DNA of 64,000 nucleotides from Neophaeotheca triangularis. Its lineage: Eukaryota. Positions 35,817 to 47,374 of the stretch are shown here, in pieces; position 1 is the first letter of the stretch, and every line of letters starts with the position of its first letter. The notes under the pieces are model-generated. The model saw only the letters and a program-made list of their open reading frames with translations, ran no database searches and was not told where the DNA came from. A program made the translations under genes and the position numbers. Location: assembly GCA_054600435.1 (NCBI GenBank), contig BAAIJX010000043.1, positions 124,001 through 188,000 of the forward strand. Direction: 5' to 3'.

Positions 35817-37553
35817 ATGCCTTCCAGCAACTACACCGTCGCAAGCTCACGACAGCTTCTAGGTGCGCAACCCCCAAAGCGCGTACCCAGACCCGAGGAC
35901 ACGTATTTGGTAGCGCAGGAAAAGCAATCGAAAACTAACACGATGCGCACAACGCAGTCATCTCCAACTCAAGAGCAGCGGCAGCAGAAGCAGCACCAGA
36001 GAACCGTCCGCTTCTCCCCTAGCACGGAGCTGGGAAGCGAGCAATCCGCTCCGACAACCAACATAACCCACAGCGCCGACGAAGAGGAGAGTGCCGTCGA
36101 CTCCGTCCTCGACTCCAACTCCTCGCAGCACTCGAACAGATCCCACCCACCCATAGCTTACCTACAAAACAAGCACAAATGTGAAATCCTAGCCACGCAA
36201 CGCTCGAAAGAGCTACTCGCACAGCGCACTCTGCCCTCTGCGCACCAATGGCGGATACAACAGCCTCTCACTACTACCGCAAACCCACAGCCGGAACTTC
36301 AGGTCAGGACTCGACCAAGGACCGGAAGTCGGCCGACGGATGTCTACTTTTCGCCGCTCGATGCGAATGGTTCTAGTACTTGTCTTTCCGAGCCTTTGAG
36401 TCCAGCGTCGCTGGGTGCGAGGTCTATGGGTGAGGGGCAGGAAGGGCAGACGGCGGTGGCGGGACCGGAGGTTTTGGAGCTCAGTCCTATGCAAGTCGAT
36501 CGCATCACCATTGCCTTAGCCGAGTCGAAACTGCTCAAAGAGAGTGTAGCGAGGGGCTGGTGGGACCGGTTCTCCCCCGCTGTCTTCGGTGGCGAGCCTG
36601 GAAAGCAGCAGCGTCAGCTCTATTCGCAGCCCAACAAAGCCATCAGCCCTCAGACCCAGTCTCTTCACCTCCCGACTCTTCCCCCACCTCTCCATCTGGG
36701 CACCGCCATCGCGGACCCCAAAATCCACGGCGCTCCCATCCTCTCCCATTCCCAAAACTACAAGTACGGCGCCAACACCGTCAACATCGGGACCTGCACC
36801 TTCCTCAACCTCCCCTACGGCAGCTCCAGCGCCAGCAATCTACGAGTGGAACCGCCATCACCACGCAACAGCACCGACAAAACCAAGCCAGGAACGTGCA
36901 AAATCACAATCCAAACCGCAAGCTCCATCCTCGACCGCAAGACCAAAAAACAAGTCTACCTCCTAGTAAACGAGTACGACATCACAGCCTCGATAACCTC
37001 AGCGGCAATAGCCGAGTTGCAAACCCACCTCGGCGCGAAGGTAGAAGTGCAAACGCGCACACCCACAACCATTCACCACAACAGCAGCGAAGAAATCGAC
37101 TGGGCAGCCATGGCAGCGTCTTCGCAAGCCGAGCACGCTCTGACCGATACCGTCGAGCTCGCGGCTGCGAGTTTCACCCGTTTGACAACGGCGACATGCT
37201 CGCTCGTGACGAAGACGCTGCTCGCGCAACTTGAGGTTCTGGGTAAGAGGCAGGCGAAGTGCCTTGTTTTGAGAGCTTCGAGTTTGACGGAGGGGCCGCG
37301 GAGGTTGCCGAGTCGGATAAAGGCGCCTTGGGCGTCGGTGGGGTATTGTGAGAATGAGGGTGCTGAGGGAGAGGGGGATGGCGGGAGGGGTTTGAGGGAG
37401 GCGGTGGCCGTGGCTGTTGGGCGGAGGGGGGTGGAGAAGGGGGGTTTTGGGTTGGAGGTTGGTGGGAGGGGGGTGGAGGTGCAGCCGCTTGTTGAGGGGA
37501 AGGGGGAGAGGGAGAGGGAGAGAGACGTTGTTGGGTGGGTTTGTACATTGTAG
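35817..37553 (+). CDS. Hypothetical protein with a degenerate PAS/LOV-like domain (RGS-LOV-DUF-like remnant)
   Basis: AIADPKIHGAPILSHS...IGTCTFLN...SSILDRKTKKQVYLLVNEYDIT resembles the LOV consensus; start codon uncertain (35589/35817/35943). Confidence 0.6.
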   Translation: MPSSNYTVASSRQLLGAQPPKRVPRPEDTYLVAQEKQSKTNTMRTTQSSPTQEQRQQKQHQRTVRFSPSTELGSEQSAPTTNITHSADEEESAVDSVLDSNSSQHSNRSHPPIAYLQNKHKCEILATQRSKELLAQRTLPSAHQWRIQQPLTTTANPQPELQVRTRPRTGSRPTDVYFSPLDANGSSTCLSEPLSPASLGARSMGEGQEGQTAVAGPEVLELSPMQVDRITIALAESKLLKESVARGWWDRFSPAVFGGEPGKQQRQLYSQPNKAISPQTQSLHLPTLPPPLHLGTAIADPKIHGAPILSHSQNYKYGANTVNIGTCTFLNLPYGSSSASNLRVEPPSPRNSTDKTKPGTCKITIQTASSILDRKTKKQVYLLVNEYDITASITSAAIAELQTHLGAKVEVQTRTPTTIHHNSSEEIDWAAMAASSQAEHALTDTVELAAASFTRLTTATCSLVTKTLLAQLEVLGKRQAKCLVLRASSLTEGPRRLPSRIKAPWASVGYCENEGAEGEGDGGRGLREAVAVAVGRRGVEKGGFGLEVGGRGVEVQPLVEGKGERERERDVVGWVCTL

Positions 37554-38140
37554 AGAGATCAAAAGGTAGACGGGAGGTAGAGGAGGGGAATTGATAGTTT
37601 GATGATTAATATTAGGAGGTAGTCGAGGTTCAAGTTGTGTATTATTATTATTGTCGCCTTAAGGCATTCATTCCGGGCCATGTCAGCCCCGGCGTCTCCA
37701 ATACTAGTAATTTCCCCCCCACCCCACCTGCCCCTCCAAAAGCAAGACAGCTCCCACACTTGAAGCCGTCCACACCCCAACCCACATTTCTTCTCGCCCG
37801 GTGGACCTGAGCCCCGGCGGAGCAGCGCAGTGTGACGCTTCTCAATGGCCGACATGCCGCACGACGCCTCTGCTATCGGAGCTCAGTCTGCTTATGATGA
37901 TGATAATAATTATTATTATTACCTTACTACTACTACTACACCACCCACCTCATCCTCCACAAAACCCACCCACTGACCTCGACAGTGCGTGTCCACGAGT
38001 CGCTCCGTCGAGTCTTTTTATTTTTATTGCCTTTCCCCCCTTCCCCCCCCCCCAATCATCCTCCTTCCCTTCTCATCCTCTCTTGATCGTCCTTCATACC
38101 CCTTCAGAGCCTACCCACCTCCATCATCGTGACCGAAACC

Positions 38141-39351
38141 ATGGCCACCACCACCACCACCACCACCATTGTCCCTTCCAAGCCCAACATCGGCGTCTAC
38201 ACCAACCCGGCTCACGATCTCTGGGTCGGCGATGCTTCCCCAAGCAAAGAGGAGGTTGAGCAAGGCGAGTCGCTCGCGCCGGGCGAAGTCACCATTGCCG
38301 TCAAGAGCACAGGAATCTGCGGGTAAGCCAGCCTCACGCCTTTCTGAATGGCATAGCAAGCTCCTAGGCCAGGCCAGCTGATATGTTTCCCCCCCCCTCC
38401 TCCAGCTCAGATGTGCACTTCTGGCACGCCGGACGCATCGGCCCCATGATTGTCGAAGACACGCACATTCTCGGGCACGAGTCTGCCGGTATCGTCGTGG
38501 CCAAGCACCCTTCAGTGCACACGCACGCAATTGGCGACCGTGTGGCCATTGAGCCCAACATCATCTGCAACGAGTGCGAGCCCTGCCTCACGGGCCGCTA
38601 CAACGGCTGCGAGAACGTTGCTTTCCGCTCCACACCGCCCGTGCCCGGTCTGCTGCGCCGCTACGTCAACCACCCGGCCGTCTGGTGCCACAAGATCGGC
38701 GACATGAGTTACGAGGACGGCGCGCTGCTGGAGCCGCTGTCAGTCGCTCTGGCGGGCATGCAGCGCGCCAACATCACCCTCGGCGACTCGGTGCTCGTCT
38801 GCGGCGCCGGGCCCATTGGTCTCGTGACCCTGGCCTGCGTCAAGGCCGCCGGCGCCGAACCCATAGTCATCACGGACATTGACCAAGGCCGTCTGGACTT
38901 TGCCAAAAAGCTGTGCCCGTCGGTGCGTACTCACAAAGTCGAGTTCTCCGACTCTGCCGACCAGTTCGCGCAAAAGGTCGTCAAGCTAGCCGACGGCGTC
39001 GAGCCCGCCGTCGGCATGGAGTGCACGGGTGTCGAATCATCCATCAGCGGCGCCATCCACGCCTCCAAATTCGGCGGCAAGGTCTTCGTCATCGGCGTCG
39101 GCAAGCCCGACATGAAGATTCCCTTCATGACCCTCAGCACGCGCGAGGTCGACTTGCAATTCCAATACCGCTACGCCAACACCTGGCCGCGCGCTATCCG
39201 GTTGTTGAAGGGTGGTGTAATCGACTTGACGCCGCTGGTCACGCACCGTTTCCCGCTCGAGCAGGCTATTGAGGCTTTCAAGGTCGCCGAGGATGCCAAA
39301 TTGGGCGGTATCAAGGTTATGATTCAGAGCATGGATGAAGGGGAGAAGTAG
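38141..39351 (+). CDS. lad1: L-arabinitol 4-dehydrogenase (Zn-dependent MDR)
   Basis: [33 protein letters not shown] across intron ~38323-38405; GHESAG; structural Zn [29 protein letters not shown]. Confidence 0.92.
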
Positions 39352-40048
39352 CCCGGTCGGCATACTTCTGTAAGCGTGGAGTTGGCGGTTGCAAAATTTT
39401 AGGACATTTTTGGGGTTTGAAGGTCGGGAAGAGAATGTGAATGAAAACGGACATTGAAGATGGATGAAGATGAACCTAGCTACCTCCTAGGATGAAGGTC
39501 ACATATATGAGCAATTTACCCGTTTTGAGCTTCGGCTTTGCGGTTCACAACGCTAGTGCTCTTTGACTTTGCTGTTATGCCACCGGAGGTTTCGACTAGG
39601 CATTTCGCAGATGTTCGTACTATTGGAACAAGAAAAGGCACACAGCTTCCAGCTTGCGTAGGGAATCACGCATACCGGTAGAACCGTTCGGTTGAAACAG
39701 CGGCGAGAGGGTGCTGGGAGAAGAGATATTGGTCATCGGTCTACATATATATATATATTGAAGTAGCAGACTCACCTCTTCCCACGGCCTTGTCTAGTGG
39801 CCTCAAGGCAGCAGTCCACGCGCCGTGCTCGCAGCGTGTTAACTTGATACCGCTTGCAATCACTGAGAAACTTTGACGATGTTCGCGAGCTTTGACAATA
39901 AGAACTTGACAGAAGAGGTACATGCAACCGTAAAGCCAGAACCAAAACCAAAAACAAGACCCCCTCCCCCCAGGCAGGAAAAGAAAAAAAAAAAAGAAAA
40001 AAGAAAAACACCCCAGCCAATCCACCAAACACCAACAAACAACAAAAC

Positions 40049-42229
40049 CTACTCCCAAGAAAACTTGGCCCCAGGCAAATCAATCTTCAACCCCTCAAAC
40101 GGCGTGACGATGCCCGATTCCCCCTGCGCCGCCCTCTCGTCCGGATCCTGCAACCACAGCTTGTACTTCGCCTTCTCAGCAATAGCATCCCAACACGGCA
40201 AGCCAAACCTCTCCTCCTCCTCCTCGCCAACCTCATAGCCCTCGACCCTGGCCGCGCGCATAAAAACCTGCTGCTCCTCATCCTCAAACATGGCAAACGA
40301 CTCAATGGTATTGCGCACGCCTTCGAAAGTCTCCCGCTCCACGGGATTCCAGCGCATCATGCCGTCGACAATGTCGCACAGGGCGTCGCCGTAGATTTCG
40401 CGCGCCGCGTTGCTGCACGAGTATTGCGGCTGTCTGCCGGCTTCGTAGACGAGTTGGCCCGGCTCGGCGCCGTGGATGAGCGCGTACATGATGCGGCCGA
40501 CTTGCCAGACGTTGGTTTGCCGTCGGATGGGGAAGGCGTCGACCGGGTCGCCCGTGCGCAAGTCGAAGAAGGGGAGTTGTTCTGGTGCGTAGTAGCCTGT
40601 TGTTCCGCGGTGGAGGTAGCTTTCTGGGTTGGCCGGGTCCGTGGCCCAGGTTTCGATTGCGAGGCCGAAGTCGGCCATTCGGGGGGTTGGGTCTGGGGGG
40701 TTCAAAAGGTTAGTCTTTTGGGTGTGAGGTGGAGGGTAAGTGGAATGGCTTACAGATTTGGTAGCGCTGAGAGGGTTTGTCTAGGAAGATGTTGGAGGGC
40801 TGTTTTGGTGGATTAGCATCATATATCGGGGGATCTTGGGTTCTGCCAACTCACTTTCAGGTCGAGGTGGACGATCTCGTCCCATCGGTTGTCGCCTGCC
40901 ATCTCCGTGTCTTCTACGTAGCCCCTTTCCATGATGAGGCCGCATTCGACCAGGGCCTCGAGGAAGTACCACAAGAAAGGCCCAGGAAGTCCATCGTTGA
41001 CTGGGTTTTTGGCATCTCCCTTACTTACTGTGGCTGAGATGATTTCGTGGAGGTCTCTGTGCGGGCAAAAGGCCGAGTCTGTGGACATGTGTCAGTGTCG
41101 AAGAGGCAAAGACGCCTTTTGAAAGGTGCTGCTTTTACTTACACAACCTGCAGACTCCGGCATCAAAACCGACTTCGACGTTCAGCTGCAAACTGTCAGA
41201 TCGCCGGGGAAAAGGTTATTTGAAACGGGTTGGGCTACTCACCATTTCGAGGAAGTTCTGGGCCTCGGGCTGCTCCTGGCACTTCACGTTCAACGCATAT
41301 TCAGTGGGCACCGCGGTGCCGTCTCGCACGCTACCACGGAAAGCCAGGGTGTTGTAAAAATCCTTTTTGGGGAACACCATGTCCTTGCGGCACATACGCT
41401 GGGGAGTCCAGTCAATCAGCATGTGGTCAAAATGTCAAGGTCAAGTGGAGTTACTCACTTCACGTAGGTTCTGATTTTCGTCATACCTCCCCCAGATATG
41501 CACAGTCCCCTGACCACCCCTGCCGACACAGTCGATTGGCCTCCACCCTCGGGCTTGGAAGGGGTTACCGGGACTATCTGCGACTGAGACAAGCATTTCC
41601 TCCAGGTTAGCATTGTTTCGGATCTTTCTGGCTTCGTCCATCTTCTTCTTCCATCCGGATAGTGCAAGCCTGCCGTTCTCGTCCATGAGCGCACGTTTGT
41701 ACGGGTTCATCCCTGGCATGTCGATGAAAGGGACGAGCTGTTGCTCAACCCAGTTGAGCTGGAAGTCGACTTCGTTGAATCGTATATCATATTTCGCAAA
41801 CTGCGCGTCGTACCCCCGCATCCAGATGGGCTCGATAGGACTGCGTTCCCTCTCCATTTTGCGAATATTCGCAACTTGGTTCCTAGCATCACCATACCAC
41901 CCTTGAAGCTCCACAAGAAGCTTGGCCTTGACATTCAACGCTGTAGCCTTGACTTGGTCTTCATCCGAATTCAAGGGGCTCGCAGGGTCATCCTTGTCGC
42001 TGAGGAAATCCTTGTATTCAGGCCACAGTTTCGATATGCCCCTGGTCTTTCTGAGTAGTCTCAATAGTTGGGGCTCAAGTTGACCCCTGTACTCTAGGGT
42101 ATAGGACAGCCATGCCGCCTTCAGCTCTTCGTACAAATCCTCTGTCGCAACCGTTAGTAAGGAAACTCTGGCAACTGCTTAGCATGGGACAACCCTACCC
42201 TGTTCTCGTTCTGGCCAGTTAGAGCACAT
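40049..42229 (-). CDS. Divergent non-RD Ser/Thr protein kinase with a long N-terminal extension (about 7 exons)
   Basis: Spliced motifs: GRGGQGTV, RMCRKD, EYALN, IVHLDLK/PSNIFL, MADFGLA, GTTGYYAPEQ, TNVWQVG; start uncertain (42229 or 42310). Confidence 0.8.
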
Positions 42230-43240
42230 TCTCGTCCCCAGCACTATGAACAGTTCCGGAATGGAACAGTTTTGCCCCACCAGGACAGCAATTCTAGGTA
42301 TCCACGGCATGACGCGTACTCGACAGATTGTTCGATCGACTGAGGAAAGCGTCGTGTGTCGTGACGTCGAATGTGCTTCGGTTGCATTGCGACTCCCAAG
42401 GCGAGGCTGCTGGCAATTCTAGTCATTGTTCCTTGAGGACTCTGCCGGATCCGGCGGGCGCTCAATGAGTAGTTTCCGGGTTTCGACGTTGATGTTTTCC
42501 TACAAAGAGACAAAGGCTCCTGTCGAAGGTAGAATTCGATCTCAAAGCGGTAGAACCTGAAGTAATCGGCACTCTTACCGTCCCTTGTAACCTACCTTGA
42601 GTGATCCTGGTGCTCAATCTCGATGGCTCTGCCTCGGAAACCAGTGTCAATTGGCTATCGCCTGGAGTAGCCCGGAAGATATCCCAAAACCTATGTAGGT
42701 GTATCTAGCTCAAGCTGCATGTCGTGACAAAGAACTCGCCCAGCATGCGCGAGGAATGCAAATTGGACAAAGCATTGTAAGCTGCTGAAATCCCTCCGCT
42801 TTCGGCACAGACACAAGGTGTGCGTGGATTTCGTCGAGTCGTACGTGACCAGCCCTGTGTGAAGGAGATGGTGCTTTCTGAGAAGCAGAGAGGTGAGGTT
42901 CAAGGAAGGTTTCTCGCACCTCCCACTTTTGGGCCCAATGTCCGTGCAAGCCACGTGGTGTGACTGCATCACCTGAATTGCAACATTGTTTTGATGCTGC
43001 AATATCTAAATGCCTATCATACACGCCAGTCGTTTGACGACGGTCGAATCTTCGCCTACTTGGGTAGTCCCACGCACGCCCACGCCATAGCCCTGTACTC
43101 CATACCATGCATACGCCATGCCCAAAAAGACTACTCAGTACCCGATGCAGTTTGGGTGTTATAGTGTGCTGTCGAAGTGAATTCCCACCTTCAAGGGTTT
43201 TTTGGACCGTGTGTCGTAGCCGTGCGGCTTTTTCGCAACC

Positions 43241-43778
43241 TTACTTTCCGCTCCGGCCTTTGCCCTTCTTAGGCGGCGCCTGCGATGTGATCTTCGAGGT
43301 CTGCATCAGCTCCCCGATGTACCTGCAATTGGTGGTTAGTGTTTGTGCAGAATAACCACTGGCAGTGCCGCAAGACTCACGATTGCAGGAATTTGTTCCC
43401 CCCCTCCAGCTTTTCGTGCTCACTCTTGACAGTTTCCACGCGATCCACAATAGCCTGCAAGCTCGACTGCAAAGTCTTGGCTTGTTCCATTAGATCCCTT
43501 CTCGCCTCCTCGCCCAGTTTGTCGACTTCCTCGCTACTCCTTCTCGGGCTCATGGTTCTGACATCGCCTTCCTCAAATTCCGGCTCAACTATGGTAGCCG
43601 AATGATCTCGCGACACAATCATGCTGCCGCTGCTTTTCCTGCTGCCTAGCTTTGGTCTGGTCTGTTTGAGTGTAGGCTGTGACGCATCATCTTCGCTGAC
43701 AATGGCACTGGAGTCGGAGGAGGATGTCGACAGGGTAGGCTCGTTGATTGATGGTACCGCGGCAGATTCGGAAGTCAT
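43241..43778 (-). CDS. Short coiled-coil protein (SCOC/Slo1, DUF2205-like)
   Basis: AKTLQSSLQAIVDRVETVKSEHEKLEGGNKFLQS/YIGELMQTSKIT across a ~55-nt intron. Confidence 0.82.
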
Positions 43779-45437
43779 ATTTAACGGGTCGGCGTTTTGA
43801 AAGAATCCGATGTAGGTGGGGTGCGTATGCGACAGGCACCGGCGTTTTCTGGGCGTGTCTTCGTAGTCGCAGTCAAAGTTGTGTCTTCGGTATTGCGAAC
43901 GCATCAAAAAGCGTGCGTCTGGTAGAAAGAGAAGGTCGGAAGGGGAGTCGGCATCAGACGAGGCTACTACCTAATTACCTGATGGGAGGTACCGATTTGG
44001 ACGAGCCTGCCACAGGAGGAAAGAAGATGGACAAGCAACAATAACGTCGTGCAGGATGTAAAGAGTCGTTGATCTACACGCGCGACGGGTGCCGAGTGGG
44101 AGTGGAGTGGAAGAGGGAGGAGGAGGAGGACCATGAACTCGACAACCTACTAGTAGCGAGCCGAGTTTATTAGGTAGACACACTAAAACGGACGCTACCT
44201 ACAAGACCTCAACTTAGAGGCCCTGAATACTGTAATGATGCAATCCTGTACGCCGACCGCCGTACTCCGCGGGAAACACGTGACACTAGCAGTGCATAAG
44301 GTCAGGGTAGTAGCAACGCCCGCTCTTATCGATCGTCTTTACCTCCTATTGCAAGCTGAACCCTTATGCTCGCTATGCGATATGCACGCGACCAGCAAGG
44401 TTCACGAAGATGCTGATCTCAGTAAAGGCGGACCCTCTTTCCTTCTCCTTCCGGCTTTTGTTCCACTTCGGCACTACTAATACTAACGTATTTGCTGCCC
44501 TCACCATTATTGCCAATAACAATCATCTCCTCGAGGCGCGGCGCACTGCGGAGAGCATACCTCGCACTGTCGACACAACCAACAGTTCTGCTTCTTACTA
44601 GCCACGACATCACAACTCGCCATTCGGGGCAGTTGACTCCGTTGAAAAGAAAAGTCGACAGCTGACCGCTCCTCGAGACAAGAGCGAATCTGCGCGGTCT
44701 CAAATGTGACAGGCGAGCGTCTCGAAAGCGCAATGATAGGCAAATGTGATGCCCTCAAGCGCCTTGAAACCGAAGCCTTGGGTCCCCAAAAGCAGCAGCC
44801 ATCGACATTATTCTTATTGTTAAACCGACAAGTTCCTTGCTGCAAGCCGCTTTTCTTTTGCCCTGCGTCGGAGTTTGCTGCCCATGCGTGCGGCTGGTAG
44901 GCTGAACTATGCAGCCTAAGGTAAGGTAGCTGTTGTATGAACATATGACTGATGACCCCTCCCTTCACTGCAGGGAACCTTCGGCAGAAAGCCGAGCTCT
45001 CGAGATGCATGCACATGCAAGCAAAGCAGGGTCGTCACCGTCGCTACTGTACTTGAGAGGCTATGTTACTATATGTATCAGGAAACCCCTCTTCCCCCCC
45101 ACGACCACTGCAGTGCATTCAGTTAGGTAGTGATCGCTGCCCGACATGTATTATTGCCGGCTATCTTCGGTAGTGCGCTGTTGGACTGCAGTAGTAGAGT
45201 AGTAGTGGGCTTGTAATCATAATTTTTATTAAAAAATTATATATAAATACCAACTGTCACGGAAGCTGCAAGGAAGGTTTGGAAACGACTTCTGCCCGAC
45301 CGGGACCTTGTTAGTTGTGACGATTTGAGAGCTCGCTTGGGAGTTCGTCGGGTTGGCTGCGGACTGGATGAACAGCTTTGCTTTGGGATCCAATCACCAT
45401 GAGTTCAGATTACATTCTACTAACGAGTACAAAACCC

Positions 45438-46648
45438 TCAGGCACCAACTCCATCAACCACAGCAGAGGTAGGCTGCTGCTGCTGCTGCTGCTTCGCGGC
45501 CGCCTCTCTGGCCTGCTCCTCCCTCACCCGCTTTAGCAGATCTGGATACCACCGCTCACTAACGTCTGTATGGCTTTTGACGCGATTCATCAACGTAGCT
45601 TCGCCCAGATGATTCCACCTGCCCTTTACAAATGTAAATTCCACATCATCCCTCCTGCCCTCCTCCCCATTCCTCGCCAAAACCTCTCTCCTCAACTCCC
45701 TAACCCCCTCCGGCACATCCATACTCTCAAATTTCGCATCGTAGCTCACGCCCTGGAAGAACGGAATCGAGAACCGCGCCCCACTCCCCGGCGCCGGCGA
45801 GAGCACGCGGTGCGTAGTCGAAGCACATACACCTCCCGTCAGCGCCTCCAGACCCTGGCCCATGGCCACAACCAGCGTGCCGCGGACTGGGGGACAGTCA
45901 ATCCACTCGCCGCGAGTATTCTGCGCTTGCAACCCTCTGTGCTCGCTAGCTTGCAGCAGGTAGGACGTCAGCATTGAGTCCTTGTGGGGCCCAACGCCCT
46001 GGCCCACGCCGCTGCCGGTGTCGGGGTATTTGACGATTTTCAGTTTGTGCTGTTGATCCGGGTCGAAGAAGGGGTCGAAAGCGTTGGAGGGCAAGGAGAG
46101 GGACTCGGCGATGAGTGAGGTGAAGAAGGTGCTGATGGCGCTCATGCGGCGCATGTAGTCTTGGAAGACGGGGCGGAAAGAGGGCAGTGCTGTGGGGTTG
46201 GGCCATTGATTAGGCGCCAGGAGATTGTGATAGAGGGGGGCGCTAGGGCCCGGGAGCGGGTGGGGGGTCGAGAGGTCGAGTTGTTCACGCCAGTCCGCTG
46301 CGTGGGCGGTGATTTCATTGCCGAGCTGTTCGGGAGCGACGTCGTTAGTAGGCAGCTTGCTGGGCTTGTAGTACTGATTGATAGCGAGAAGTGTACCTTC
46401 GAGTACCCCAGGAAGCTCTTCTCGTTCTTCATCTCGATCGCGAGTTTGTCTTCTTCGGGCAGATCGAAGAACGCTATGCCCTCGCGGCAGACTTGATCGT
46501 AGAGATCTTGGTCGATGCCGGTATTTTTGAGGTATAGAAAGCCGACATTGAGAAGCGCTTCACGGAGCTGAAGCAAGAAGTCTGGTTTTGTGGCATTGTC
46601 GCGGGCTAGAGAGAGATCCAGGATGGGAATGCTCGTGAAGGCCATCAT
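45438..46648 (-). CDS. 2-oxoglutarate/Fe(II) dioxygenase (IPNS/DIOX_N family)
   Basis: IPILDLS...VGFLYLKN; intron 46326-46396; GVGPHKDS (HxD), THRV, RFSIPFF. Confidence 0.92.
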
Positions 46649-47374
46649 GAAGAGAGTGGTTTACAGACGGCTAGCACCAGTGGTCAACAGATGTTTCAAG
46701 GTGACGTGAGATGTCCCGGGTTTGGGTTGGGCGCTTTCAGCTTTTAAGGACATAGGTGACTACTGCAGACAAGGCTACAGCTTTGGTTATAATGAGGCCT
46801 AAGATAGCAATGAAGATGAGAGTGGCCATGATGGGATGGGGAGGAGATGGCAGTGGATCCACTCTGTAAGTGTGGGGAGGTAGGTAAGGTACCTTATAGC
46901 TGTTTGCTCGAGTACGGTACGGTAACGAGGGTCGCGTGGCACCTTAACCTAATAATGTCTCGGTGTTTTCGTCAGCGTGAGGTTCACGTGCAGCATCAGC
47001 CTTCCTAGGTTGTTGACAATATTAATGACACGGGAAGTCGAGGGGAGTACCTAAGGTACTGGAGGTAGTATTTGATTGATTCAAACTGAATGCGAGTAGC
47101 TATTCACATGATCCTGGAATCTGGAACCTGGAAGTACATGCCCGCCTGTAGTGACGTAGGACCTCGCGTCCACCACGGGCTCAGCAGCAAGAGGACCTAC
47201 TTACAGTACCTAACCTACTTACCTGCTCAACTTGTTACACTTAGGCAAACATTGGCCTGCCCTGTCTAGCACTCACTTTTACCGACGTCCACGGAACGCA
47301 TGAGTGGACAAACAACTTAGCTAAGACAAGCCTCCTCTGGCCCCAACCTCCCAAGGAACTGCTGCCTCGAAAAC

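Noticed and set aside
42690..42900. Possible small spliced + strand exon pair (GTAAGC...CACAG)
   Set aside because: No convincing start or recognisable product
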